A stretch of 37,717 nt of DNA, taken from a virus. Lineage: Duplodnaviria > Caudoviricetes. The stretch spans positions 1 through 37,717 of the IMG/VR virus record IMGVR_UViG_3300021411_000080; one strand, given 5' to 3'. Shown here in pieces: positions 7,356 through 14,587 of this stretch (position 1 is its first letter; every line of letters starts with the position of its first letter). A program made the translations under genes and the position numbers. Below the pieces are notes generated by a model. The model had not been told where the DNA came from. It ran no database searches and saw only the letters and a program-made list of their open reading frames with translations.

Positions 7356-7985
7356 TCAGAGCCCCAGCTTGGCTTGCGCGGTGGTCCAGTTCGTGGCAAT
7401 CGCGAGCTGCGCGGCGCCGAGCGAAACCTTGCCCGAGCACACCGCCGACTTGATCAGGTTCTCAAGGTGATCTTTGCTGTTGTTGAACCCGTGACCCGGC
7501 AGGTCCGACGGTTCCGGCCATAGGTTCGAAACGTCATCGGAGCCGCCGGCCTCAAGCGGCACAAGGTGGTCGAACTCCGTGGTGCCGCTCGAAGACGCGG
7601 TTTCCCCGTAGGCGCGCATGGCTGTCTTCTTGACCGGGCCGGTGTCCGAGGCCGGCGGTCGAACCGTCGCGGTCCACCCGACCTTGCAGATCGTCTGCTT
7701 GAGCGTCTCCGGGGTGACGGCGGGATTCACCGAGCCGGGCGTACAGGTCGGGTCTGGCAGGTTCCCTGCCGCGTGGCACGACGCCGGGTAGGTGCCGGTC
7801 ACGACCGGCGGCACCGGGATCGGGATCGCCAGCAGGCGCACCGGCGACGGTGCCTCTGGCTGCGGGGCCGGTGACTGCACTACCACGCCGCCCGCCGGAG
7901 GGTGATTCTCCGACAGCAGCACGCCGCCCACCAGCACGCCGAGCAGCAGCACGCCGGCGGCCACGGCCGGGATGAGCCGGTTCAC
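7356..7985 (-). CDS. Secreted/membrane-anchored HNH-like nuclease-domain protein (209 aa)
   Basis: GTGA overlap; N-terminal TM, Pro linker, LPDP..TPG...IC..GWT..VRPP and EFDHLVPLEAGGSDDVSNLWPE...KD.LEN. Confidence 0.75.
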   Translation of the reverse strand: MNRLIPAVAAGVLLLGVLVGGVLLSENHPPAGGVVVQSPAPQPEAPSPVRLLAIPIPVPPVVTGTYPASCHAAGNLPDPTCTPGSVNPAVTPETLKQTICKVGWTATVRPPASDTGPVKKTAMRAYGETASSSGTTEFDHLVPLEAGGSDDVSNLWPEPSDLPGHGFNNSKDHLENLIKSAVCSGKVSLGAAQLAIATNWTTAQAKLGL

Positions 7986-9085
7986 TGTGGCTTCCCCACC
8001 AGCGACGGAGACCCAAGAGGTCCGACAGGCGCGGACATGACCGACATGAGGACCGACAGCACGCCAGCGCCAAGCGCGACACCGACGGTCGACTGCCACG
8101 GGATGCTGAACAGATTCAGCGCCCCGGACGCGCCCCACACGGACACCAGCGACCCGGCCACGCTCTTGAACGCACGCTCACCGGTTTGCGCCCAGAAGGA
8201 CGCGGTGAGCAGCGGGTCATTCGCCGGGGCTGTCAGCGCTGCGAGGGCGGGGTGAGCGGCTAGGTTGTTGGCCAGCTTGTCCACGTCGAGACGCAGCTGC
8301 GGAGCTGGCGACTTGGGCGCGTTCAGCAACTGCTCGAGCATCAGGTTGCCCTGGTAGATCTCGACGTTGTTGCGCTTGACGAACTCGAACAGGTCGTACT
8401 GCTCACCATTGACCGGATCGGGGATGTCTGTGATGCCGCCGCCCCACGGTCCTTCCTTGCGGTCCCACACCGACACCATGCTGTTTCCATTCGGTTCGGG
8501 TGTTCCCAAGCGCGTGCGCCACACCAGGTAGCGAGCCATCGCGTCGTCCGCGTACGCCTCGGCCGCCGGGCCGCTGCCGTTGTAATCCCGGAACCCGCCA
8601 CGCATGCCGCCGTTGCGAATGTGCGCGGCCAGCGCGGCGAAGCCAACCGTGACGTTCGAGCGCCAGTCCCAGCACCCCGCCAAGGCGTCGGCCTGATCCT
8701 GGTAGCCGCCCCAAGTGAGCTGCAGAGCTCCGCAACCCTGGCGGCCGGCCCTCCCGGCCAAGACCGCCTGCTTGTACGCCAGGTACGCAGGCTTGGTGAC
8801 GATGGCGCCCGGGGCGTACGTGTTCGGCGCGATCACCACGTGGTCATGGCCCCACACGTTGTTCCCGCCGCCGCTCTCCTTGAGGAGAACGACAGCAGCG
8901 GCGGCCAGGTCCAGCCCAGCCGCCGCCGCGAGCTCGATCACCTCGGGTGCCCGGAGAATGCCGCCAGCCGTGAGGATGTCCGCTGGCGTAGCGACAGTCA
9001 GCAGCGTCGTCTCCGGCTCCGGTGCGCCGAGCTCGACCCACCGATCGCCTTCGGGTCGCTCCGGGTGCCACTCCCAGTCGGACAC
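7982..9085 (-). CDS. Endolysin (lysozyme/transglycosylase-like) fused to C-terminal r1t-type holin (367 aa)
   Basis: KESGG, G..QLT and YNGSG..AEAYA lysozyme-fold motifs; C-terminal FWAQTGERAFKSVAGSL...W....GVALGAGVLSVLMSVMS..VG..GSPSLV is r1t-holin-like. Confidence 0.8.
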   Translation of the reverse strand: MSDWEWHPERPEGDRWVELGAPEPETTLLTVATPADILTAGGILRAPEVIELAAAAGLDLAAAAVVLLKESGGGNNVWGHDHVVIAPNTYAPGAIVTKPAYLAYKQAVLAGRAGRQGCGALQLTWGGYQDQADALAGCWDWRSNVTVGFAALAAHIRNGGMRGGFRDYNGSGPAAEAYADDAMARYLVWRTRLGTPEPNGNSMVSVWDRKEGPWGGGITDIPDPVNGEQYDLFEFVKRNNVEIYQGNLMLEQLLNAPKSPAPQLRLDVDKLANNLAAHPALAALTAPANDPLLTASFWAQTGERAFKSVAGSLVSVWGASGALNLFSIPWQSTVGVALGAGVLSVLMSVMSAPVGPLGSPSLVGKPQ

Positions 9086-9088
9086 GGC

Positions 9089-10006
9089 TCAGTGGCCGAC
9101 GTGCGGCTTCGCCGCTTCGTACGCCGCGATCTGTGACTGGATGCTGAGCAACAGCGCGTCAGCGGTCGTGGACGGCACGGGGGTCGGCACGGGGGTCGGC
9201 ACGGGGGTCGGCACCGGAACTGGTACCGGCCCGGTGCCGACGAACGGCCCCGGCTTGCCGGTGACCTGCAAAAACGCCGCGTTCGCCGCGTTCACGTCCA
9301 GCCCCTCGGGGGTGGCGTTGTTCTTCACCCACTCCTGCGACACCGCCGCGTAGGGCTCGTCCACATAGGCGGTCCACGCGGCCGGGGTCATCTCGAAGTA
9401 GCCACCCCAGGTGCTGCCCTTGATGTTTCCGTTCTTGGTGATCTGGTGGACGGCCACTGCATGCCCACCAAGGACGCGGTCCCGACGGACCACGTCGAAC
9501 ACGGTGCCCTTGTTGAACGCGTTCTCGAAGCCCTGGGTGCAGCTGAACCCGATGTAGAGGTTGCCGAACAAGTACAGCGCCGCGCGCATTTCTTCGAAGT
9601 CCTTGGGATCGACCGCGAAGTAGGCGGCAAGCTTGTGCCCAGCGATGCCCGTCTGGTTCCAGTACTTGAGGACGGTCTGCATGTCCCCGCCCTGGTCCGT
9701 ACTCGGGTTACCAGGGACGTAGCCGGTGCTACCGGAGTAGAACGAGATCACGTCGGCGTTCGACGGCACGATCGGCGCGCCCTGGCCGAACTGGGAGAAT
9801 GCGGTCTCGACGTGCGCCGCCGCTGCCGCCGTGCAGTCCCCGAGGGAATCGTTGCTGTCCATGGGCAGGTTCGCGGCGGCCGGCACGTAGGCCACCACGT
9901 CGGGCACCGTTCCGGTGTAACCGGACGTCAAGACGCTCTTGAGCGGGATGCTCCGCACCAGGTCCCGGGGGGCGCTGGGGAGTCTGCCCAGCTTGTGCTT
10001 AGCCAC
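9089..10006 (-). CDS. Papain-like (C1-like) cysteine peptidase (305 aa)
   Basis: NDSLGDCT (Cys), GGHAV (His), STWG; AGGAG RBS before GTG; PVPT-repeat C-terminal linker. Confidence 0.75.
   Translation of the reverse strand: MAKHKLGRLPSAPRDLVRSIPLKSVLTSGYTGTVPDVVAYVPAAANLPMDSNDSLGDCTAAAAAHVETAFSQFGQGAPIVPSNADVISFYSGSTGYVPGNPSTDQGGDMQTVLKYWNQTGIAGHKLAAYFAVDPKDFEEMRAALYLFGNLYIGFSCTQGFENAFNKGTVFDVVRRDRVLGGHAVAVHQITKNGNIKGSTWGGYFEMTPAAWTAYVDEPYAAVSQEWVKNNATPEGLDVNAANAAFLQVTGKPGPFVGTGPVPVPVPTPVPTPVPTPVPSTTADALLLSIQSQIAAYEAAKPHVGH
9173..9214. repeat. 12-bp tandem repeat x3.5 (encodes PVPT)
   Basis: CGGCACGGGGGT repeated. Confidence 0.9.
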
Positions 10007-10032
10007 GCGAATCTCCTGTTTTAATGGGCCAA

Positions 10033-10077
10033 GCCCAGCCCGCGCGCCCAGGAGATTGGAAACGCGCGGGACTGGGC
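10033..10077 (-). terminator. Intergenic hairpin
   Basis: GCCCAGCCCGCGCG / CGCGCGGGACTGGGC inverted repeat with one bulge. Confidence 0.5.
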
Positions 10078-10103
10078 CTGGGGTATCGGGGTTGAAGAAC
10101 TAC

Positions 10104-10469
10104 TCAGACAGCGGGCGGCACGAGCGCGGCAGCAGCGGCAACAGCCGCGGCGGTTGCATCAACCTGCGCCGACAGCGCCGTCAGGTCGAGGGCCGGGTTG
10201 GCGTTCTGCAGGGCCACGATTTCGGCCTGGATGCCAGTGACGGCGGTGTTCAGGTCGGAATCCTCCTGCGCGAGGGCGGCGGTCAGGGCGTCGATGTCGG
10301 CCTGGGTAGCCATCAGTTTCTCTCCTAATTGAGTGATGATTCCCGTCTGGCCCAGGACGTAGGACCAGAGGTCATTGAGACGTCGATCGAATTCGACGTG
10401 GGTGACGTAACGACTGGATGGCTGCGGTCCGGGTTGGGGGCCGGGTGGCGGTCCGGGACGTGGACTCAT
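10104..10469 (-). CDS. Ala-rich coiled-coil protein (121 aa; internal start 10313 gives 69 aa)
   Basis: ATGA overlap at 10469; internal GGAGAG RBS before MATQADIDALTAAL. Confidence 0.7.
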   Translation of the reverse strand: MSPRPGPPPGPQPGPQPSSRYVTHVEFDRRLNDLWSYVLGQTGIITQLGEKLMATQADIDALTAALAQEDSDLNTAVTGIQAEIVALQNANPALDLTALSAQVDATAAAVAAAAALVPPAV

Positions 10470-10687
10470 TCGCTAGCTCTCCTCTGAAGCGGGATCTGGC
10501 GCGAGATGCACTCGTCCGCCAACCGGCGCACGATGCACGGAAACTCGGTCGGGGCGAGTTGGGTACAGCAGCCGTTACAGCTGCCGTCGTTGGCCCGGAT
10601 GTGCTTCTGCTGCAGGTAGATGGCCCTACCGAGGTCGCGGGCCAGGAAGTTCAACACCGCCGACTGCGCCCGCTCCCCCGGCGTCAC
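10466..10687 (-). CDS. Small Zn-binding protein, H-x7-CxxC-x8-FPC (73 aa)
   Basis: KHIRANDGSCNGCCTQLAPTEFPC; similar to 2879..3070. Confidence 0.65.
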   Translation of the reverse strand: MTPGERAQSAVLNFLARDLGRAIYLQQKHIRANDGSCNGCCTQLAPTEFPCIVRRLADECISRQIPLQRRASE

Positions 10688-10690
10688 GGT

Positions 10691-11404
10691 TTATGGGCCA
10701 GTCGGTTTGAGACTGACGAGCTTGGCGAAGACGATGGTCTGCTGCAGGTAGTTGTGCTGCGCGGTGTCCAAGTCGCCCGGGCCGCACGTGATAGCCACGA
10801 GCTCCGGGCCCTTCGCGCCGCCGTACACGGTCGCGGTGGGAAACGCTGACTTGGCGACGATCAACACCTTGGACACCTTGAACGTCGCCGTCTGGCCGTC
10901 GCTGCGCAGCACGTCGAACTCAGCGCCGACTTTCACCTTCGCTAGATCGGCGAAAGCGCCCTGCACGTGGTTGGCGTTGATGTGCCCGACCAGCACTGAG
11001 CGCTCCACGACCTGCGGGTATTTTCCGACAGCCGTGTCACCAGGCACCGGGGCCTGCTTGTACCAACCGATCATGCGGGGACTCGACAGCGGCGGCACAC
11101 CGAGCGTGCCGTCGTCGTTCTTGTCGACCTGCATGGTCAGGTTGTCATCCAAGGAAATGGACGGGATCTTGACCGAGGTCACCATCACGTTCGGAGCTAC
11201 GGGGGTTGCCGTGTTCGGTGACGTCTCGTTCGGGGGCAGCTGACCAGGAGGAACTGGATGCGAGCAAGCCGCCAGGATCAGGATGAAGACGACCAGTCCG
11301 GACCGAATGCCTCGAGTCTTGACCTCACGAGCGCGGCGATGAGTTCTTGGACGGACTCCGCCGACAAGGAGAGACTGGGGCCGTCGGTGAGGTTGGGTCC
11401 GCAC
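10691..11404 (-). CDS. Class F sortase, lipoprotein (start uncertain)
   Basis: VKIPSI, DGTLGVPP, IGWY...PVPGD, VLVGH (His), F.DL..VKVG, FPT.TVYG....ELVAITCG (Cys), Y...TIVFA; lipobox ILAAC. Confidence 0.9.
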   Translation of the reverse strand: MRTQPHRRPQSLLVGGVRPRTHRRAREVKTRGIRSGLVVFILILAACSHPVPPGQLPPNETSPNTATPVAPNVMVTSVKIPSISLDDNLTMQVDKNDDGTLGVPPLSSPRMIGWYKQAPVPGDTAVGKYPQVVERSVLVGHINANHVQGAFADLAKVKVGAEFDVLRSDGQTATFKVSKVLIVAKSAFPTATVYGGAKGPELVAITCGPGDLDTAQHNYLQQTIVFAKLVSLKPTGP

Positions 11405-11475
11405 AAGGTCACGACAACGCGACCAGGGGCGGACCCAACCTGCACCGAACCTTTGCCGCCGTCGCGGGTCGGCAT
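11278..11475 (-). CDS. Hypothetical protein (65 aa) overlapping sortase 5' end
   Basis: ATG 11 nt after substrate stop; protein-like beta-beta-alpha pattern (VVVTLCG...LSLSAESVQELIAALVRSR). Confidence 0.5.
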   Translation of the reverse strand: MPTRDGGKGSVQVGSAPGRVVVTLCGPNLTDGPSLSLSAESVQELIAALVRSRLEAFGPDWSSSS

Positions 11476-11486
11476 TGGCCACTAGC

Positions 11487-12476
11487 TCAGACAGCTCGGT
11501 TGTGCGCCAGCACGAACGCCGCGCTGTCGCCACCGGTCTGCACCGCACCCGAGGGAACCGGGCCGGGGCTGGTCAGCGGAGCAGCCGCGGGCGGGTTCGA
11601 CGCCGCGTCGTTACCCGACGGGGCCGGGTCGGCGTAGGCCACCGGCGCTTGCACGATGACGACGGGCGGGTTGGGGTCGTTGCAGATGGTGCGCAGTTGC
11701 CCCAGGGTCCGATTCCAGTCACCGAAACGCTGACCGTCCAGGTTGCGTAGCCGCAGCCAGTCGTTGCGCTCCGACAGGCTCAGTAGATCCAGGTTGGTGC
11801 CGTTGAAGCCCTGGTGCAGCTGACCCAGACGCAAGCGCAAGCCGCCCCAGTCACGGCGAACACCGTTCAGTTCGTCACCGAAACGCTGTGCGTCGGTGCG
11901 GAAGGTGACGCACTGACCGTCGTTGCTGACGCTAACGCCGCCGTTGTTGCAGCCTTGGTGCAGGGCAAACCAGCGGGCCTGCGGGTCGCCACCGAGCAGG
12001 CGGAGAATCCCGTCACGGTGCACGCCGTTGCGCAGCAGAAACGTGTTGTAGTCACCGTAGCCGCAGGTGTCCAAGGACAGGTTCTGATCCAGCCACAACT
12101 GGTGGCCGAAGGTGCGCGGTCCACCCCACGGGCCACCCCACGGGAAGCCGGGGTTACCGCAGCGGACGTTGTTTCCGGAGCAACCCACAATTGGGCCCGG
12201 GGCGCAGTGGTCACCGACACGGTGAGTGCCAAGCGGGCAGAAGATCTGTGGGTCGTTGAGGTTGCCGCCGACATCCAGGCCGGCGTCGAGGTGCACGCCG
12301 AGACCACCGCGAAGACCTCGACCGTCTCGATCTCCCGGGCAGTGGACCGGGAGTACGCCAGCGAGCGAGGGAACGCACACATCAGCAGACGGAGCAGCCG
12401 AAGCCACCCCCGCGGTTACAACGAGACCGAGCACTACCGCCAGGGCGGCAAAGCCGGCGACCAGCAGTCGTCGCAT
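11487..12476 (-). CDS. Secreted Cys-rich protein, putative sortase F substrate (329 aa)
   Basis: Strong AGGAGGT RBS; Sec signal MRRLLVAG...VASA; 10 Cys; Pro/Ala linker ending PVPSGAVQTGGDSAAFVLAHNRAV. Confidence 0.8.
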   Translation of the reverse strand: MRRLLVAGFAALAVVLGLVVTAGVASAAPSADVCVPSLAGVLPVHCPGDRDGRGLRGGLGVHLDAGLDVGGNLNDPQIFCPLGTHRVGDHCAPGPIVGCSGNNVRCGNPGFPWGGPWGGPRTFGHQLWLDQNLSLDTCGYGDYNTFLLRNGVHRDGILRLLGGDPQARWFALHQGCNNGGVSVSNDGQCVTFRTDAQRFGDELNGVRRDWGGLRLRLGQLHQGFNGTNLDLLSLSERNDWLRLRNLDGQRFGDWNRTLGQLRTICNDPNPPVVIVQAPVAYADPAPSGNDAASNPPAAAPLTSPGPVPSGAVQTGGDSAAFVLAHNRAV

Positions 12477-12584
12477 GATCTTTTAACCTCCTGTGTTGAA
12501 CACACCCAGCCAGGGAGCGTTCAGGGCCCATCTCCAGGTATGGAGACGGGAGTTTGAGGCCCTCTACGGGCGATACAGCGGGCG

Positions 12585-13337
12585 CTACAAGCCCGGTAGC
12601 AGGCCGCTGAGCAGCCCACCCATCTGCTGCGGCTGAGCCGGCGGTGCAGGCGCAGCGGGCGGTTGAGGCTGCATTTGAGGGAACGGATTCGGCTGCGGCG
12701 CGGGCGGCTCAGTCATCGTCGGAGCTGGCGCGGGCTGTGGGGGCATCTGCCACGGACCGGGCGGCGGGTATCCCCCGCCTCGGCCTTGACCTGGGTAACC
12801 CGAACCGCCGCCGCGAGGACCACCGGGCCCCGGATAGCCGCCGCCGCCGCGAGGCCCGGGGTATCCCGAAGGGCCGGCGCGCCCAGGTAGCCCGGACATC
12901 CCCGGCGCACCCTCACGGCCTGGCAGACCGTCTTTGCCTGGCGGCCCTGGCGGTCCCGCCGGCCCTGTTGGTCCAGTTGGTCCAGGCGCCCCCGGTGGCC
13001 CGGGTGAACCCGGTAACCCGCGAAGCCCCGGCGCACCAACGGCGCCAACGATCTCCGGACTATTCCTCGCCTGCGCGGCGACCGCGCACAGCGACTTTCC
13101 ATCCGGGGTCCTGGCCGAAGCCAAAATCTGCGCTACCTGCCCGCCCTGCGCACACAGCGCCAGGATGGGATCGGCGACGGCACCCACCTGGTTGACGGCG
13201 GCATTCTTCGCGTCATCCTGACGGCGCGATGCCAAAATTCCGATCAACGCGATAGCTATCACCGCGATCATGACCGCCAAGAACAGCATGTTCGCCCGCC
13301 CCGGCCGAGGGGGATCACTCCGGCCGTGGCGGTTCAT
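12585..13337 (-). CDS. Membrane-anchored collagen-like protein (250 aa)
   Basis: TGATG coupling; TM helix, Cys pair, ~22 Gly-X-Y triplets, GYPG and Pro/Gln-rich tail. Confidence 0.8.
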   Translation of the reverse strand: MNRHGRSDPPRPGRANMLFLAVMIAVIAIALIGILASRRQDDAKNAAVNQVGAVADPILALCAQGGQVAQILASARTPDGKSLCAVAAQARNSPEIVGAVGAPGLRGLPGSPGPPGAPGPTGPTGPAGPPGPPGKDGLPGREGAPGMSGLPGRAGPSGYPGPRGGGGYPGPGGPRGGGSGYPGQGRGGGYPPPGPWQMPPQPAPAPTMTEPPAPQPNPFPQMQPQPPAAPAPPAQPQQMGGLLSGLLPGL

Positions 13338-13807
13338 CACTTCGGCGGGGTAGGCGCGGGAGTAGCACGGGACGTAGGCGGCGGGACCAGCGGGGCAGTG
13401 CACGCGAGCCGCTTGTAGCCCGCGCGGAACGACGCGTAGGCGCCCTCATAGGTGGCCCGGTCGACCCCCTCCGCCCGGCTGGACGGGTTGTAGGACCCGA
13501 GGAAGACGCTGTACATGGTGCACATTTCGGCGCGAGTGAGGACCACAGAGTTGCTGGTCTCAATCAGCGCCTGGTTTGTCTGAATCTGCTGGTATGTGGT
13601 GAAGCCTTGGATCGTGAACAGGATTGCGATCGCCGCGATTACTACCCACTGCCAGCGGGTTTGGCGTTCCGACCGGGCGATTTGCTCTTCCGAGCGGGTG
13701 GTGCGGTGCAACAGTTCTTGGATCGACTTAGTCAGCTCGTCGATCGTTTGAATGAGCTGCAGGGCGACCGCCGGCAAATCCTTAGGGTCCACGCCTGACG
13801 CGGTCAT
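13337..13807 (-). CDS. Single-TM coiled-coil membrane protein (156 aa), lysis region
   Basis: Coiled coil, TM ([18 protein letters not shown]), extracellular Cys pair; ATGA overlap. Confidence 0.75.
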   Translation of the reverse strand: MTASGVDPKDLPAVALQLIQTIDELTKSIQELLHRTTRSEEQIARSERQTRWQWVVIAAIAILFTIQGFTTYQQIQTNQALIETSNSVVLTRAEMCTMYSVFLGSYNPSSRAEGVDRATYEGAYASFRAGYKRLACTAPLVPPPTSRATPAPTPPK

Positions 13808-13971
13808 TCCAGTTCCTCCCCCAAGGGCGGCTCGCCCTGTTCCACGTTCAACGCGGACAGGGCGGCCACGAACAGCTCCAACTCATCAACCGTGTCCAGC
13901 AACCGTTGGTTCAGCTTCTTTGCCTCTTTTAGCAGCTTTTCGCTGTTGATGGCGTCACCGGGGGAGGTCAT
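13804..13971 (-). CDS. Small coiled-coil protein (55 aa)
   Basis: GGAGG RBS; MTSPGDAINSEKLLKEAKKLNQRLL. Confidence 0.6.
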   Translation of the reverse strand: MTSPGDAINSEKLLKEAKKLNQRLLDTVDELELFVAALSALNVEQGEPPLGEELE

Positions 13972-14278
13972 CACGATCGTCCCTCCGCGACGTACGTAGC
14001 GTCTGCGCGATGACGGCGGTAGCCCGTTCCAGCGCGGGGATGTGCTGGTTGCGGATCGAGGCGTTGAGCTCGCGGACTTCATCCTCGGCGCGTTTCTTCG
14101 CTTCCCGCTCAAACTTTAGGGATTCCTCGAGGTGCGCCCGGTCCTGCTTGTACGACTCTTCGAGGCGCTTGAACAGGAGCCGGGCGATGCCCATCGAGAC
14201 AAGCGCGATGGCCCCGATCGCCCCGTACTGCAGGAACACTGAGCCGACATCAACGGCGCCTTGGGCCAGGAGGGTCAC
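13955..14278 (-). CDS. Holin-like single-TM protein with coiled-coil tail (107 aa)
   Basis: FLQYGAIGAIALVSMGIARLLFKR then charged coil; first gene after tail-tip genes. Confidence 0.6.
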   Translation of the reverse strand: MTLLAQGAVDVGSVFLQYGAIGAIALVSMGIARLLFKRLEESYKQDRAHLEESLKFEREAKKRAEDEVRELNASIRNQHIPALERATAVIAQTLRTSRRDDRDDLPR

Positions 14279-14577
14279 AGCGTGATCGGCGGGCCGGGCG
14301 TGTTGTGCTTAGCCATCACCAACACGGTGTTGCCGGACACGAACGCCCACGCGGTATCGCCGGCCGCGGGCACGTAGTGCGGGGCGTAGGTGGCATCCGG
14401 CACTACACCGTTGGCGATGTTGATAGAGCAGGTGTTCGCGCCCGTGGTGACCGAGTTGACGGTGACTTGACGCATGGTGACCTTGGGCTGCTGCGGCACC
14501 CGGGTCACCATCTGGCGGCCCTGGGAGATGTAGGTGCGGGCCAGGTCGGCGACCGACGGGTCTTCGATGGGCGGCAT
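14275..14577 (-). CDS. Minor tail protein, OB-fold-like (100 aa)
   Basis: V.V.SV....C.I.I......Y.P.AGD.AW pattern typical of the gene after the actinophage hub protein. Confidence 0.6.
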   Translation of the reverse strand: MPPIEDPSVADLARTYISQGRQMVTRVPQQPKVTMRQVTVNSVTTGANTCSINIANGVVPDATYAPHYVPAAGDTAWAFVSGNTVLVMAKHNTPGPPITL

Positions 14578-14587
14578 AGCAGCCTTC

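Noticed and set aside
9173-9214. Short tandem repeat as CRISPR or contingency locus
   Set aside because: No spacers; in-frame 12-bp unit encoding a PVPT linker.
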